Shown here: piece after piece, positions 12,101 to 27,900 of the stretch
Position numbering within the stretch: the first letter of the stretch is position 1
How the letters are laid out: the number at the start of each line of letters is the position of its first letter
Origin: Auanema rhodensis
Taxonomy: Eukaryota > Animalia > Nematoda
DNA length: 64,000 bases
Assembly: GCA_964057225.1 (NCBI GenBank)
Contig: OZ059894.1
Location: forward strand, 20,832,001-20,896,000
Reading direction: 5' to 3'
Program-made: the position numbers and the translations under genes
Notes under the pieces: generated by a model
What the model was told of the DNA's origin: nothing
The model's input: only the letters and a program-made list of their open reading frames with translations
The model's database searches: none

Positions 12101-15100
12101 ACTTAAAAATCCGCATCGAATGCACTATACTACATTGAGAAACGCTTAATACAAAAATTAGTTATGATCGTTTGAAAAATGATGCATTAGTGTATGTTGA
12201 GTTTCCATGTACACTCAACATTGCTTCCAAAAACATTTTGACAAAAATTTTTTCGAAAAATTTCAAAATAATTTAGCAAAAAGTAGATGTTTTTAGATTC
12301 CATTTTTCAAGGCAAAGACGATGGACAATGTTATTCAACGAAAAAATTAATTCTTCAGGGTGAAAATCGAGGATATAAGTGTGAACTTATATCAGTTGAT
12401 ATCTCGGTGCATTTTTAAGCTAGCGCAAATCTGATAACACAGATCGACGCAGCTTCAAAATCCGCATCGAATGCACTATACTACATTGAGAAACGCTTAA
12501 TACAAAAATTAGTTATGATCGTTTGAAAAATGATGCATTAGTGTATGTTGAGTTTCCATGTACACTCAACATTGCTTCCAAAAACATTTTGACAAAAATT
12601 TTTTCGAAAAATTTCGAAATAATTTAGCAAAAAGTAGATGTTTTTAGATTCCTTTTTTCAAGGCAAAGACGATGGACAATGTTATTCAACGAAAAAATTA
12701 ATTCTTCAGGGTGAAAATCGAGGATATAAGTGTGAACTTATATCAGTTGATATCTCGGTGCATTTTTAAGCTAGCGCAAATCTGATAACACAGAACGACG
12801 CAGCTTAAAAATCCGCATCGAATGCACTATACTACATTGAGAAATGCTTAATACAAAAATTAGTTATGATCGTTTGAAAAATGATGCATTAGTGTATGTT
12901 GAGTTTCCATGTACACTCAACATTGCTTCCAAAAACATTTTGACAAAAATTTTTTCGAGAAATTTCAAAATAATTTAGCAAAAAGTAGATGTTTTTAGAT
13001 TCCTTTTTTCAAGGCAAAGACGATGGACAATGTTATTCAACGAAAAAATTAATTCTTCAGGGTGAAAATCGAGGATATAAGTGTGAACTTATATCAGTTG
13101 ATATCTCGGTGCATTTTTAAGCTAGCGCAAATCTGATAACACAGATCGACGCAACTTAAAAATCCGCATCGAATGCACTATACTACATTGAGAAACGCTT
13201 AATACAAAAATTAGTTATGATCGTTTGAAAAATGATGCATTAGTGTATGTTGAGTTTCCATGTACACTCAACATTGCTTCCAAAAACATTTTGACAAAAA
13301 TTTTTTCGAAAAATTTCAAAATAATTTAGCAAAAAGTAGATGTTTTTAGATTCCATTTTTCAAGGCAAAGACGATGGACAATGTTATTCAACGAAAAAAT
13401 TAATTCTTCAGGGTGAAAATCGAGGATATAAGTGTGAACTTATATCAGTTGATATCTCGGTGCATTTTTAAGCTAGCGCAAATCTGATAACACAGATCGA
13501 CGCAGCTTCAAAATCCGCATCGAATGCACTATACTACATTGAGAAACGCTTAATACAAAAATTAGTTATGATCGTTTGAAAAATGATGCATTAGTGTATG
13601 TTGAGTTTCCATGTACACTCAACATTGCTTCCAAAAACATTTTGACAAAAATTTTTTCGAAAAATTTCGAAATAATTTAGCAAAAAGTAGATGTTTTTAG
13701 ATTCCATTTTTCAAGGCAAAGACGATGGACAATGTTATTCAACGAAAAAATTAATTCTTCAGGGTGAAAATCGAGGATATAAGTGTAAACTTATATCAGT
13801 TGATATCTCGGTGCATTTTTAAGCTAGGGCAAATCTGATAACACAGAACGACGCAGCTTAAAAATTCGCATCGAATGCACTATACTACATTGAGAAACGC
13901 TTAATACAAAAATTAGTTATGATCGTTTGAAAAATGATGCATTAGTGTATGTTGAGTTTCCATGTACACTCAACATTGCTTCCAAAAACATTTTGACAAA
14001 AATTTTTTCGAAAAATTTCGAAATAATTTAGCAAAAAGTAGATGTTTTTAGATTCCTTTTTTCAAGGCAAAGACGATGGACAATGTTATTCAACGAAAAA
14101 ATTAATTCTTCAGGGTGAAAATCGAGGATATAAGTGTGAACTTATATCAGTTGATATCTCGGTGCATTTTTAAGCTAGCGCAAATCTGAGAACACAGATC
14201 GACGCAGCTTACAAATCCGCATCGAATGCACTATACTACATTGAGAAACACTTAATACAAAAATTAGTTATGATCGTTTGAAAAATGATGCATTAGTGTA
14301 TGTTGAGTTTCCATGTACACTCAACATTGCTTCCAAAAACATTTTGACAAAAATTTTTTCGAAAAATTTCAAAATAATTTAGCAAAAAGTAGATGTTTTT
14401 AGATTCCTTTTTTCAAGGCAAAGACGATGGACAATGTTATTCAACGAAAAAATTAATTCTTCAGGGTGAAAATCGAGGATATAAGTGTGAACTTATATCA
14501 GTTGATATCTCGGTGCATTTTTAAGCTAGCGCAAATCTGATAACACAGATCGACGCAACTTAAAAATCCGCATCGAATGCACTATACTACATTGAGAAAC
14601 GCTTAATACAAAAATTAGTTATGATCGTTTGAAAAATGATGCATTAGTGTATGTTGAGTTTCCATGTACACTCAACATTGCTTCCAAAAACATTTTGACA
14701 AAAATTTTTTCGAAAAATTTCAAAATAATTTAGCAAAAAGTAGATGTTTTTAGATTCCATTTTTCAAGGCAAAGACGATGGACAATGTCATTCAACGAAA
14801 AAATTAATTCTTCAGGGTGAAAATCGAGGATATAAGTGTAAACTTATATCAGTTGATATCTCGGTGCATTTTTAAGCTAGGGCAAATCTGATAACACAGA
14901 ACGACGCAGCTTAAAAATTCGCATCGAATGCACTATACTACATTGAGAAACGCTTAATACAAAAATTAGTTATGATCGTTTGAAAAATGATGCATTAGTG
15001 TATGTTGAGTTTCCATGTACACTCAACATTGCTTCCAAAAACATTTTGACAAAAATTTTTTCGAAAAATTTCGAAATAATTTAGCAAAAAGTAGATGTTT

Positions 15101-16848
15101 TTAGATTCCTTTTTTCAAGGCAAAGACGATGGACAATGTTATTCAACGAAAAAATTAATTCTTCAGGGTGAAAATCGAGGATATAAGTGTGAACTTATAT
15201 CAGTTGATATCTCGGTGCATTTTTAAGCTAGCGCAAATCTGAGAACACAGATCGACGCAGCTTAAAAATCCGCATCGAATGCACTATACTACATTGAGAA
15301 ACACTTAATACAAAAATTAGTTATGATCGTTTGAAAAATGATGCATTAGTGTATGTTGAGTTTCCATGTACACTCAACATTGCTTCCAAAAACATTTTGA
15401 CAAAAATTTTTTCGAAAAATTTCAAAATAATTTAGCAAAAAGTAGATGTTTTTAGATTCCTTTTTTCAAGGCAAAGACGATGGACAATGTTATTCAACGA
15501 AAAAATTAATTCTTCAGGGTGAAAATCGAGGATATAAGTGTGAACTTATATCAGTTGATATCTCGGTGCATTTTCAAGCTAGCGCAAATCTGATAACACA
15601 GATCGACGCAGCTTAAAAATCCGCATCGAATGCACTATACTACATTGAGAAACGCTTAATACAAAAATTAGTTATGATCGTTTGAAAAATGATGCATTAG
15701 TGTATGTTGAGTTTCCATGTACACTCAACATTGCTTCCAAAAACATTTTGACAAAAATTTTTTCGAAAAATTTCAAAATAATTTAGCAAAAAGTAGATGT
15801 TTTTAGATTCCTTTTTTCAAGGCAAAGACGATGGACAATGTTATTCAACGAAAAAATTAATTCTTCAGGGTGAAAATCGAGGATATAAGTGTGAACTTAT
15901 ATCAGTTGATATTTCGGTGCATTTTTAAGCTAGCGCAAATCTGATAACACAGAACGACGCAGCTTAAAAATCCGCATCGAATGCACTATACTACATTGAG
16001 AAACGCTTAATACAAAAATTAGTTATGATCGTTTGAAAAATGATGCATTAGTGTATGTTGAGTTTCCATGTACACTCAACATTGCTTCCAAAAACATTTT
16101 GACAAAAATTTTTTCGAGAAATTTCAAAATAATTTAGCAAAAAGTAGATGTTTTTAGATTCCTTTTTTCAAGGCAAAGACGATGGACAATGTTATTCAAC
16201 GAAAAAATTAATTCTTCAGGGTGAAAATCGAGGATATAAGTGTGAACTTATATCAGTTGATATCTCGGTGCATTTTTAAGCTAGCGCAAATCTGATAACA
16301 CAGATCGACGCAACTTAAAAAACCGCATCGAATGCACTATACTACATTGAGAAACGCTTAATACAAAAATTAGTTATGATCGTTTGAAAAATGATGCATT
16401 AGTGTATGTTGAGTTTCCATGTACACTCAACATTGCTTCCAAAAACATTTTGACAAAAATTTTTTCGAAAAATTTCGAAATAATTTAGCAAAAAGTAGAT
16501 GTTTTTAGATTCCATTTTTCAAGGCAAAGACGATGGACAATGTTATTCAACGAAAAAATTAATTCTTCAGGGTGAAAATCGAGGATATAAGTGTAAACTT
16601 ATATCAGTTGATATCTCGGTGCATTTTTAAGCTAGCGCAAATCTGATAACACAGAACGACGCAGCTTAAAAATTCGCATCGAATGCACTATACTACATTG
16701 AGAAACGCTTAATACAAAAATTAGTTATGATCGTTTGAAAAATGATGCATTAGTGTATGTTGAGTTTCCATGTACACTCAACATTGCTTCCAAAAACATT
16801 TTGACAAAAATTTTTTCGAAAAATTTCGAAATTATTTAGCAAAAAGTA

Positions 16849-18956
16849 GATGTTTTTAGATTCCTTTTTTCAAGGCAAAGACGATGGACAATGTTATTCA
16901 ACGAAAAAAATTTATTCTTCAGGGTGAAAATCGAGGATATAAGTGTGAACTTATATCAGTTGATATCTCGGTGCATTTTTAAGCTAGCGCAAATCTGATA
17001 ACACAGAACGACGCAGCTTAAAAATTCGCATCGAATGCACTATACTACATTGAGAAACGCTTAATACAAAAATTAGTTATGATCGTTTGAAAAATGATGC
17101 ATTAGTGTATGTTGAGTTTCCATGTACACTCAACATTGCTTCCAAAAACATTTTGACAAAAATTTTTTCGAAAAATTTCGAAATTATTTAGCAAAAAGTA
17201 GATGTTTTTAGATTCCTTTTTTCAAGGCAAAGACGATGGACAATGTTATTCAACGAAAAAAATTTATTCTTCAGGGTGAAAATCGAGGATATAAGTGTGA
17301 ACTTATATCAGTTGATATCTCGGTGCATTTTTAAGCTAGCGCAAATCTGATAACACAGAACGACGCAGCTTAAAAATTCGCATCGAATGCACTATACTAC
17401 ATTGAGAAACGCTTAATACAAAAATTAGTTATGATCGTTTGAAAAATGATGCATTAGTGTATGTTGAGTTTCCATGTACACTCAACATTGCTTCCAAAAA
17501 CATTTTGACAAAAATTTTTTCGAAAAATTTCGAAATTATTTAGCAAAAAGTAGATGTTTTTAGATTCCTTTTTTCAAGGCAAAGACGATGGACAATGTTA
17601 TTCAACGAAAAAATTTATTCTTCAGGGTGAAAATCGAGGATATAAGTGTGAACTTATATCAGTTGATATCTCGGTGCATTTTTAAGCTAGCGCAAATCTG
17701 AGAACACAGATCGACGCAGCTTAAAAATCCGCATCGAATGCACTATACTACATTAAGAAACGCTTAATACAAAAATTAGTTATGATCGTTTGAAAAATGA
17801 TGCATTAGTGTATGTTGAGTTTCCATGTACACTCAACATTGCTTCCAAAAACATTTTGACAAAAATTTTTTCGAAAAATTTCGAAATTATTTAGCAAAAA
17901 GTAGATGTTTTTAGATTCCTTTTTTCAAGGCAAAGACGATGGACAATGTTATTCAACGAAAAAATTTATTCTTCAGGGTGAAAATCGAGGATATAAGTGT
18001 GAACTTATATCAGTTGATATCTCGGTGCATTTTTAAGCTAGCGCAAATCTGAGAACACAGATCGACGCAGCTTAAAAATCCGCATCGAATGCACTATACT
18101 ACATTAAGAAACGCTTAATACAAAAATTAGTTATGATCGTTTGAAAAATGATGCATTAGTGTATGTTGAGTTTCCATGTACACTCAACATTGCTTCCAAA
18201 AACATTTTGACAAAAATTTTTTCGAAAAATTTCGAAATTATTTAGCAAAAAGTAGATGTTTTTAGATTCCTTTTTTCAAGGCAAAGACGATGGACAATGT
18301 TATTCAACGAAAAAATTTATTCTTCAGGGTGAAAATCGAGGATATAAGTGTGAACTTATATCAGTTGATATCTCGGTGCATTTTTAAGCTAGCGCAAATC
18401 TGAGAACACAGATCGACGCAGCTTAAAAATCCGCATCGAATGCACTATACTACATTAAGAAACGCTTAATACAAAAATTAGTTATGATCGTTTGAAAAAT
18501 GATGCATTAGTGTATGTTGAGTTTCCATGTACACTCAACATTGCTTCCAAAAACATTTTGACAAAAATTTTTTCGAAAAATTTCGAAATTATTTAGCAAA
18601 AAGTAGATGTTTTTAGATTCCTTTTTTCAAGGCAAAGACGATGGACAATGTTATTCAACGAAAAAATTTATTCTTCAGGGTGAAAATCGAGGATATAAGT
18701 GTGAACTTATATCAGTTGATATCTCGGTGCATTTTTAAGCTAGCGCAAATCTGAGAACACAGATCGACGCAGCTTAAAAATCCGCATCGAATGCACTATA
18801 CTACATTGAGAAACGCTTAATACAAAAATTAGTTATGATCGTTTGAAAAATGATGCATTAGTGTATGTTGAGTTTCCATGTACACTCAACATTGCTTCCA
18901 AAAACATTTTGACAAAAATTTTTTCGAAAAATTTCAAAATAATTTAGCAAAAAGTA
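16849..18956. repeat. Locally amplified monomer variant run (monomers 49-54)
   Basis: Shared ATTTATT (pos 64 T) and mostly CGAAATTATT variants. Monomers 49 and 50 are identical 352-bp copies. Monomers 51-53 are identical (CTGAGA, ATTAAG). Confidence 0.85.
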
Positions 18957-21900
18957 GATGTTTTTAGATTCCTTTTTTCAAGGCAAAGACGATGGACAAT
19001 GTTATTCAACGAAAAAATTAATTCTTCAGGGTGAAAATCGAGGATATAAGTGTGAACTTATATCAGTTGATATCTCGGTGCATTTTTAAGCTAGCGCAAA
19101 TCTGATAACACAGATCGACGCAACTTAAAAATCCGCATCGAATGCACTATACTACATTGAGAAACGCTTAATACAAAAATTAGTTATGATCGTTTGAAAA
19201 ATGATGCATTAGTGTATGTTGAGTTTCCATGTACACTCAACATTGCTTCCAAAAACATTTTGACAAAAATTTTTTCGAAAAATTTCAAAATAATTTAGCA
19301 AAAAGTAGATGTTTTTAGATTCCTTTTTTCAAGGCAAAGACGATGGACAATGTTATTCAACGAAAAAATTAATTCTTCAGGGTGAAAATCGAGGATATAA
19401 GTGTGAACTTATATCAGTTGATATCTCGGTGCATTTTTAAGCTAGCGCAAATCTGATAACACAGATCGACGCAACTTAAAAATCCGCATCGAATGCACTA
19501 TACTACATTGAGAAACGCTTAATACAAAAATTAGTTATGATCGTTTGAAAAATGATGCATTAGTGTATGTTGAGTTTCCATGTACACTCAACATTGCTTC
19601 CAAAAACATTTTGACAAAAATTTTTTCGAAAAATTTCAAAATAATTTAGCAAAAAGTAGATGTTTTTAGATTCCTTTTTTCAAGGCAAAGACGATGGACA
19701 AAGTTATTCAACGAAAAAATTAATTCTTCAGGGTTAAAATCGAGGATATAAGTGTAAACTTATATCAGTTGATATCTCGGTGCATTTTTAAGCTAGCGCA
19801 AATCTGATAACACAGAACGACGCAGCTTAAAAATTCGCATCGAATGCACTATACTACATTGAGAAACGCTTAATACAAAAATTAGTTATGATCGTTTGAA
19901 AAATGATGCATTAGTGTATGTTGAGTTTCCATGTACACTCAACATTGCTTCCAAAAACATTTTGACAAAAATTTTTTCGAAAAATTTCGAAATAATTTAG
20001 CAAAAAGTAGATGTTTTTAGATTCCATTTTTCAAGGCAAAGACGATAGACAATGTTATTCAACGAAAAAATTAATTCTTCAGGGTGAAAATCGAGGATAT
20101 AAGTGTGAACTTATATCAGTTGATATCTCGGTGCATTTTTAAGCTAGCGCAAATCTGATAACACAGAACGACGCAGCTTAAAAATCCGCATCGAATGCAC
20201 TATACTACATTGAAAAACGCTTAATACAAAAATTAGTTTTGATCGTTTGAAAAATGATGCATTAGTGTATGTTGAGTTTCCATGTACACTCAACATTGCT
20301 TCCAAAAACATTTTGACAAAAATTTTTTCGAAAAATTTCAAAATAATTTAGCAAAAAGTAGATGTTTTTAGATTCCTTTTTTCAAGGCAAAGACGATGGA
20401 CAAAGTTATTCAACGAAAAAATTATTTCTTCAGGGTTAAAATCGAGGATATAAGTGTAAACTTATATCAGATGATATCTCGGTGCATTTTTAAGCTAGCG
20501 CAAATCTGATAACACAGAACGACGCAGCTTAAAAATTCGCATCGAATGCACTATACTACATTGAGAAACGCTTAATACAAAAATTAGTTATGATCGTTTG
20601 AAAAATGATGCATTAGTGTATGTTGAGTTTCCATGTACACTCAACATTGCTTCCAAAAACATTTTGACAAAAATTTTTTCAAAAAATTTCGAAATAATTT
20701 AGCAAAAAGTAGATGTTTTTAGATTCCATTTTTCAAGGCAAAGACGATAGACAATGTTATTCAACGAAAAAATTAATTCTTCAGGGTGAAAATCGAGGAT
20801 ATAAGTGTGAACTTATATCAGTTGATATCTCGGTGCATTTTTAAGCTAGCGCAAATCTGATAACACAGATCGACGCAACTTAAAAATCCGCATCGAATGC
20901 ACTATACTACATTGAGAAACGCTTAATACAAAAATTAGTTATGATCGTTTGAAAAATGATGCATTAGTGTATGTTGAGTTTCCATGTACACTCAACATTG
21001 CTTCCAAAAACATTTTGACAAAAATTTTTTCGAAAAATTTCGAAATAATTTAGCAAAAAGTAGATGTTTTTAGATTCCATTTTTCAAGGCAAAGACGATG
21101 GACAATGTTATTCAACGAAAAAATTAATTCTTCAGGGTGAAAATCGAGGATATAAGTGTAAACTTATATCAGTTGATATCTCGGTGCATTTTTAAGCTAG
21201 CGCAAATCTGATAACACAGAACGACGCAGCTTAAAAATTCGCATCGAATGCACTATACTACATTGAGAAACGCTTAATACAAAAATTAGTTATGATCGTT
21301 TGAAAAATGATGCATTAGTGTATGTTGAGTTTCCATGTACACTCAACATTGCTTCCAAAAACATTTTGACAAAAATTTTTTCGAAAAATTTCGAAATTAT
21401 TTAGCAAAAATTAGATGTTTTTAGATTCCTTTTTTCAAGGCAAAGACGATGGACAATGTTATTCAACGAAAAAATTTATTCTTCAGGGTGAAAATCGAGG
21501 ATATAAGTGTGAACTTATATCAGTTGATATCTCGGTGCATTTTTAAGCTAGCGCAAATCTGAAAACACAGATCGACGCAGCTTAAAAATCCGCATCGAAT
21601 GCACTATACTACATTGAGAAACGCTTAATACAAAAATTAGTTATGATCGTTTGAAAAATGATGCATTAGTGTATGTTGAGTTTCCATGTACACTCAACAT
21701 TGCTTCCAAAAACATTTTGACAAAAATTTTTTCGAAAAATTTCGAAATAATTTAGCAAAAAGTAGATGTTTTTAGATTCCATTTTTCAAGGCAAAGACGA
21801 TAGACAATGTTATTCAACGAAAAAATTAATTCTTCAGGGTGAAAATCGAGGATATAAGTGTGAACTTATATCAGTTGATATCTCGGTGCATTTTTAAGCT

Positions 21901-24900
21901 AGCGCAAATCTGATAACACAGATCGACGTAGCTTAAAAATCCGCATCGAATGCACTATACTACATTGAGAAACGCTTAATACGAAAATTAGTTTTGATCG
22001 TTTGAAAAATGATGCATTAGTGTATGTTGAGTTTCCATGTACACTCAACATTGCTTCCAAAAACATTTTGACAAAAATTTTTTCGAAAAATTTCAAAATA
22101 ATTTAGCAAAAAGTAGATGTTTTTAGATTCCTTTTTTCAAGGCAAAGACGATGGACAAAGTTATTCAACGAAAAAATTAATTCTTCAGGGTTAAAATCGA
22201 GGATATAAGTGTAAACTTATATCAGTTGATATCTCGGTGCATTTTTAAGCTAGCGCAAATCTGATAACACAGAACGACGCAGCTTAAAAATTCGCATCGA
22301 ATGCACTATACTACATTGAGAAACGCTTAATACAAAAATTAGTTATGATCGTTTGAAAAATGATGCATTAGTGTATGTTGAGTTTCCATGTACACTCAAC
22401 ATTGCTTCCAAAAACATTTTGACAAAAATTTTTTCGAAAAATTTCGAAATAATTTAGCAAAAAGTAGATGTTTTTAGATTCCATTTTTCAAGGCAAAGAC
22501 GATAGACAATGTTATTCAACGAAAAAATTAATTCTTCAGGGTGAAAATCGAGGATATAAGTGTGAACTTATATCAGTTGATATCTCGGTGCATTTTTAAG
22601 CTAGCGCAAATCTGATAACACAGAACGACGCAGCTTAAAAATCCGCATCGAATGCACTATACTACATTGAGAAACGCTTAATACAAAAATTAGTTATGAT
22701 CGTTTGAAAAATGATGCATTAGTGTATGTTGAGTTTCCATGTACACTCAACATTGCTTCCAAAAACATTTTGACAAAAATTTTTTCGAGAAATTTCAAAA
22801 TAATTTAGCAAAAAGTAGATGTTTTTAGATTCCTTTTTTCAAGGCAAAGACGATGGACAATGTTATTCAACGAAAAAATTAATTCTTCAGGGTGAAAATC
22901 GAGGATATAAGTGTGAACTTATATCAGTTGATATCTCGGTGCATTTTTAAGCTAGCGCAAATCTCATAACACAGAACGACGCAGCTTAAAAATTCGCATC
23001 GAATGCACTATACTACATTGAGAAACGCTTAATACAAAAATTAGTTATGATCGTTTGAAAAATGATGCATTAGTGCATGTTGAGTTTCCATGTACACTCA
23101 ACATTGCTTCCAAAAACATTTTGACAAAAATTTTTTCGAAAAATTTCGAAATAATTTAGCAAAAAGTAGATGTTTTTAGATTCCATTTTTCAAGGCAAAG
23201 ACGATAGACAATGTTATTCAACGAAAAAATTAATTCTTCAGGGTGAAAATCGAGGATATAAGTGTGAACTTATATCAGTTGATATCTCGGTGCATTTTTA
23301 AGCTAGCGCAAATCTGATAACACAGAACGATGCAGCTTAAAAATCCGCATCGAATGCACTATACTACATTGAGAAACGCTTAATACAAAAATTAGTTATG
23401 ATCGTTTGAAAAATGATGCATTAGTGTATGTTGAGTTTCCATGTACACTCAACATTGCTTCCAAAAACATTTTGACAAAAATTTTTTCGAAAAATTTCAA
23501 AATAATTTAGCAAAAAGTAGATGTTTTTAGATTCCATTTTTCAAGGCAAAGACGATGGACAATGTTATTCAACGAAAAAATTGATTCTTCAGGGTGAAAA
23601 TCGAGGATATAAGTGTGAACTTATATCAGTTGATATCTCGGTGCATTTTTAAGCTAGCGCAAATCTGATAACACAGATCGACGCAGCTTAAAAATCCGCA
23701 TCGAATGCACTATACTACATTGAGAAACGCTTAATACAAAAATTAGTTATGATCGTTTGAAAAATGATGCATTAGTGTATGTTGAGTTTCCATGTACACT
23801 CAACATTGCTTCCAAAAACATTTTGACAAAAATTTTTTCGAAAAATTTCAAAATAATTTAGCAAAAAGTAGATGTTTTTAGATTCCTTTTTTCAAGGCAA
23901 AGACGATGGACAATGTTATTCAACGAAAAAATTGATTCTTTAGGGTGAAAATCGAGGATATAAGTGTGAACTTATATCAGTTGATATCTCGGTGCATTTT
24001 TAAGCTAGCGCAAATCTGATAACACAGATCGACGCAGCTTCAAAATCCGCATCGAATGCACTATACTACATTGAGAAACGCTTAATACAAAAATTAGTTA
24101 TGATCGTTTGAAAAATGATGCATTAGTGTATGTTGAGTTTCCATGTACACTCAACATTGCTTCCAAAAACATTTTGACAAAAATTTTTTCGAAAAATTTC
24201 GAAATAATTTAGCAAAAAGTAGATGTTTTTAGATTCCATTTTTCAAGGCAAAGACGATAGACAATGTTATTCAACGAAAAAATTAATTCTTCAGGGTGAA
24301 AATCGAGGATATAAGTGTGAACTTATATCAGTTGATATCTCGGTGCATTTTTAAGCTAGCGCAAATCTGATAGCACAGATCGACGCAGCTTAAAAATTCG
24401 CATCGAATGCACTATACTACATTGAGAAACGCTTAATACAAAAATTAGTTATGATCGTTTGAAAAATGATGCATTAGTGTATGTTGAGTTTCCATGTACA
24501 CTCAACATTGCTTCCAAAAACATTTTGACAAAAAATTTTTCGAAAAATTTCGAAATAATTTAGCAAAAAGTAGATGTTTTTAGATTCCATTTTTCAAGGC
24601 AAAGACGATAGACAATGTTATTCAACGAAAAAATTAATTCTTCAGGGTGAAAATCGAGGATATAAGTGTGAACTTATATCAGTTGATATCTCGGTGCATT
24701 TTTAAGCTAGCGCAAATCTGATAACACAGAACGATGCAGCTTAAAAATCCGCATCGAATGCACTATACTACATTGAGAAACGCTTAATACAAAAATTAGT
24801 TATGATCGTTTGAAAAATGATGCATTAGTGTATGTTGAGTTTCCATGTACACTCAACATTGCTTCCAAAAACATTTTGACAAAAATTTTTTCGAAAAATT

Positions 24901-27900
24901 TCAAAATAATTTAGCAAAAAGTAGATGTTTTTAGATTCCATTTTTCAAGGCAAAGACGATGGACAATGTTATTCAACGAAAAAATTGATTCTTCAGGGTG
25001 AAAATCGAGGATATAAGTGTGAACTTATATCAGTTGATATCTCGGTGCATTTTTAAGCTAGCGCAAATCTGATAACACAGATCGACGCAGCTTAAAAATC
25101 CGCATCGAATGCACTATACTACATTGAGAAACGCTTAATACAAAAATTAGTTATGATCGTTTGAAAAATGATGCATTAGTGTATGTTGAGTTTCCATGTA
25201 CACTCAACATTGCTTCCAAAAACATTTTGACAAAAATTTTTTCGAAAAATTTCAAAATAATTTAGCAAAAAGTAGATGTTTTTAGATTCCTTTTTTCAAG
25301 GCAAAGACGATGGACAATGTTATTCAACGAAAAAATTGATTCTTTAGGGTGAAAATCGAGGATATAAGTGTGAACTTATATCAGTTGATATCTCGGTGCA
25401 TTTTTAAGCTAGCGCAAATCTGATAACACAGATCGACGCAGCTTCAAAATCCGCATCGAATGCACTATACTACATTGAGAAACGCTTAATACAAAAATTA
25501 GTTATGATCGTTTGAAAAATGATGCATTAGTGTATGTTGAGTTTCCATGTACACTCAACATTGCTTCCAAAAACATTTTGACGAAAATTTTTTCGAAAAA
25601 TTTCGAAATAATTTAGCAAAAAGTAGATGTTTTTAGATTCCATTTTTCAAGGCAAAGACGATAGACAATGTTATTCAACGAAAAAATTAATTCTTCAGGG
25701 TGAAAATCGAGGATATAAGTGTGAACTTATATCAGTTGATATCTCGGTGCATTTTTAAGCTAGCGCAAATCTGATAACACAGATCGACGCAGCTTCAAAA
25801 TCCGCATCGAATGCACTATACTACATTGAGAAACGCTTAATACAAAAATTAGTTATGATCGTTTGAAAAATGATGCATTAGTGTATGTTGAGTTTCCATG
25901 TACACTCAACATTGCTTCCAAAAACATTTTGACAAAAATTTTTTCGAAAAATTTCGAAATAATTTAGCAAAAAGTAGATGTTTTTAGATTCCATTTTTCA
26001 AGGCAAAGACGATAGACAATGTTATTCAACGAAAAAATTAATTCTTCAGGGTGAAAATCGAGGATATAAGTGTGAACTTATATCAGTTGATATCTCGGTG
26101 CATTTTTAAGCTAGCGCAAATCTGATAACACAGATCGACGCAGCTTCAAAATCCGCATCGAATGCACTATACTACATTGAGAAACGCTTAATACAAAAAT
26201 TAGTTATGATCGTTTGAAAAATGATGCATTAGTGTATGTTGAGTTTCCATGTACACTCAACATTGCTTCCAAAAACATTTTGACGAAAATTTTTTCGAAA
26301 AATTTCGAAATAATTTAGCAAAAAGTAGATGTTTTTAGATTCCATTTTTCAAGGCAAAGACGATAGACAATGTTATTCAACGAAAAAATTAATTCTTCAG
26401 GGTGAAAATCGAGGATATAAGTGTGAACTTATATCAGTTGATATCTCGGTGCATTTTTAAGCTAGCGCAAATCTGATAACACAGATCGACGCAGCTTCAA
26501 AATCCGCATCGAATGCACTATACTACATTGAGAAACGCTTAATACAAAAATTAGTTATGATCGTTTGAAAAATGATGCATTAGTGTATGTTGAGTTTCCA
26601 TGTACACTCAACATTGCTTCCAAAAACATTTTGACGAAAATTTTTTCGAGAAATTTCAAAATAATTTAGCAAAAAGTAGATGTTTTTAGATTCCTTTTTT
26701 CAAGGCAAAGACGATGGACAATGTTATTCAACGAAAAAATTAATTCTTCAGGGTGAAAATCGAGGATATAAGTGTGAACTTATATCAGTTGATATCTCGG
26801 TGCATTTTTAAGCTAGCGCAAATCTGATAACACAGATCGACGCAACTTAAAAATCCGCATCGAATGCACTATACTACATTGAGAAACGTTTAATACAAAA
26901 ATTAGTTATGATCGTTTGAAAAATGATGCATTAGTGTATGTTGAGTTTCCATGTACACTCAACATTGCTTCCAAAAACATTTTGACAAAAATTTTTTCGA
27001 AAAATTTCAAAATAATTTAGCAAAAAGTAGATGTTTTTAGATTCCATTTTTCAAGGCAAAGACGATGGACAATGTTATTCAACGAAAAAATTGATTCTTC
27101 AGGGTGAAAATCGAGGATATAAGTGTGAACTTATATCAGTTGATATCTCGGTGCATTTTTAAGCTAGCGCAAATCTGATAACACAGATCGACGCAGCTTA
27201 AAAATCCGCATCGAATGCACTATACTACATTGAGAAACGCTTAATACAAAAACTAGTTATGATCGTTTGAAAAATGATGCATTAGTGTATGTTGAGTTTC
27301 CATGTACACTCAACATTGCTTCCAAAAACATTTTGACAAAAATTTTTTCGAAAAATTTCAAAATAATTTAGCAAAAAGTAGATGTTTTTAGATTCCTTTT
27401 TTCAAGGCAAAGACGATGGACAATGTTATTCAACGAAAAAATTAATTCTTCAGGGTGAAAATCGAGGATATAAGTGTGAACTTATATCAGTTGATATCTC
27501 GGTGCATTTTTAAGCTAGCGCAAATCTGATAACACAGATCGACGCAGCTTAAAAATCCGCATCGAATGCACTATACTACATTGAGAAACGTTTAATACAA
27601 AAATTAGTTATGATCGTTTGAAAAATGATGCATTAGTGTATGTTGAGTTTCCATGTACACTCAACATTGCTTCCAAAAACATTTTGACAAAAATTTTTTC
27701 GAAAAATTTCAAAATAATTTAGCAAAAAGTAGATGTTTTTAGATTCCATTTTTCAAGGCAAAGACGATGGACAATGTTATTCAACGAAAAAATTGATTCT
27801 TTAGGGTGAAAATCGAGGATATAAGTGTGAACTTATATCAGTTGATATCTCGGTGCATTTTTAAGCTAGCGCAAATCTGATAACACAGATCGACGCAGCT

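Noticed and set aside
20144-20341. Predicted 65-aa minus-strand ORF (MKFFEKIF...)
   Set aside because: It exists only because A>T at 20239 removes a TAA present in nearly all other monomers. It has a TTG start, low-complexity F/K/S composition and no recognisable domain.
21899-22096. Second 65-aa ORF
   Set aside because: Same SNP (21994) copied 5 monomers downstream; not independent evidence of coding.
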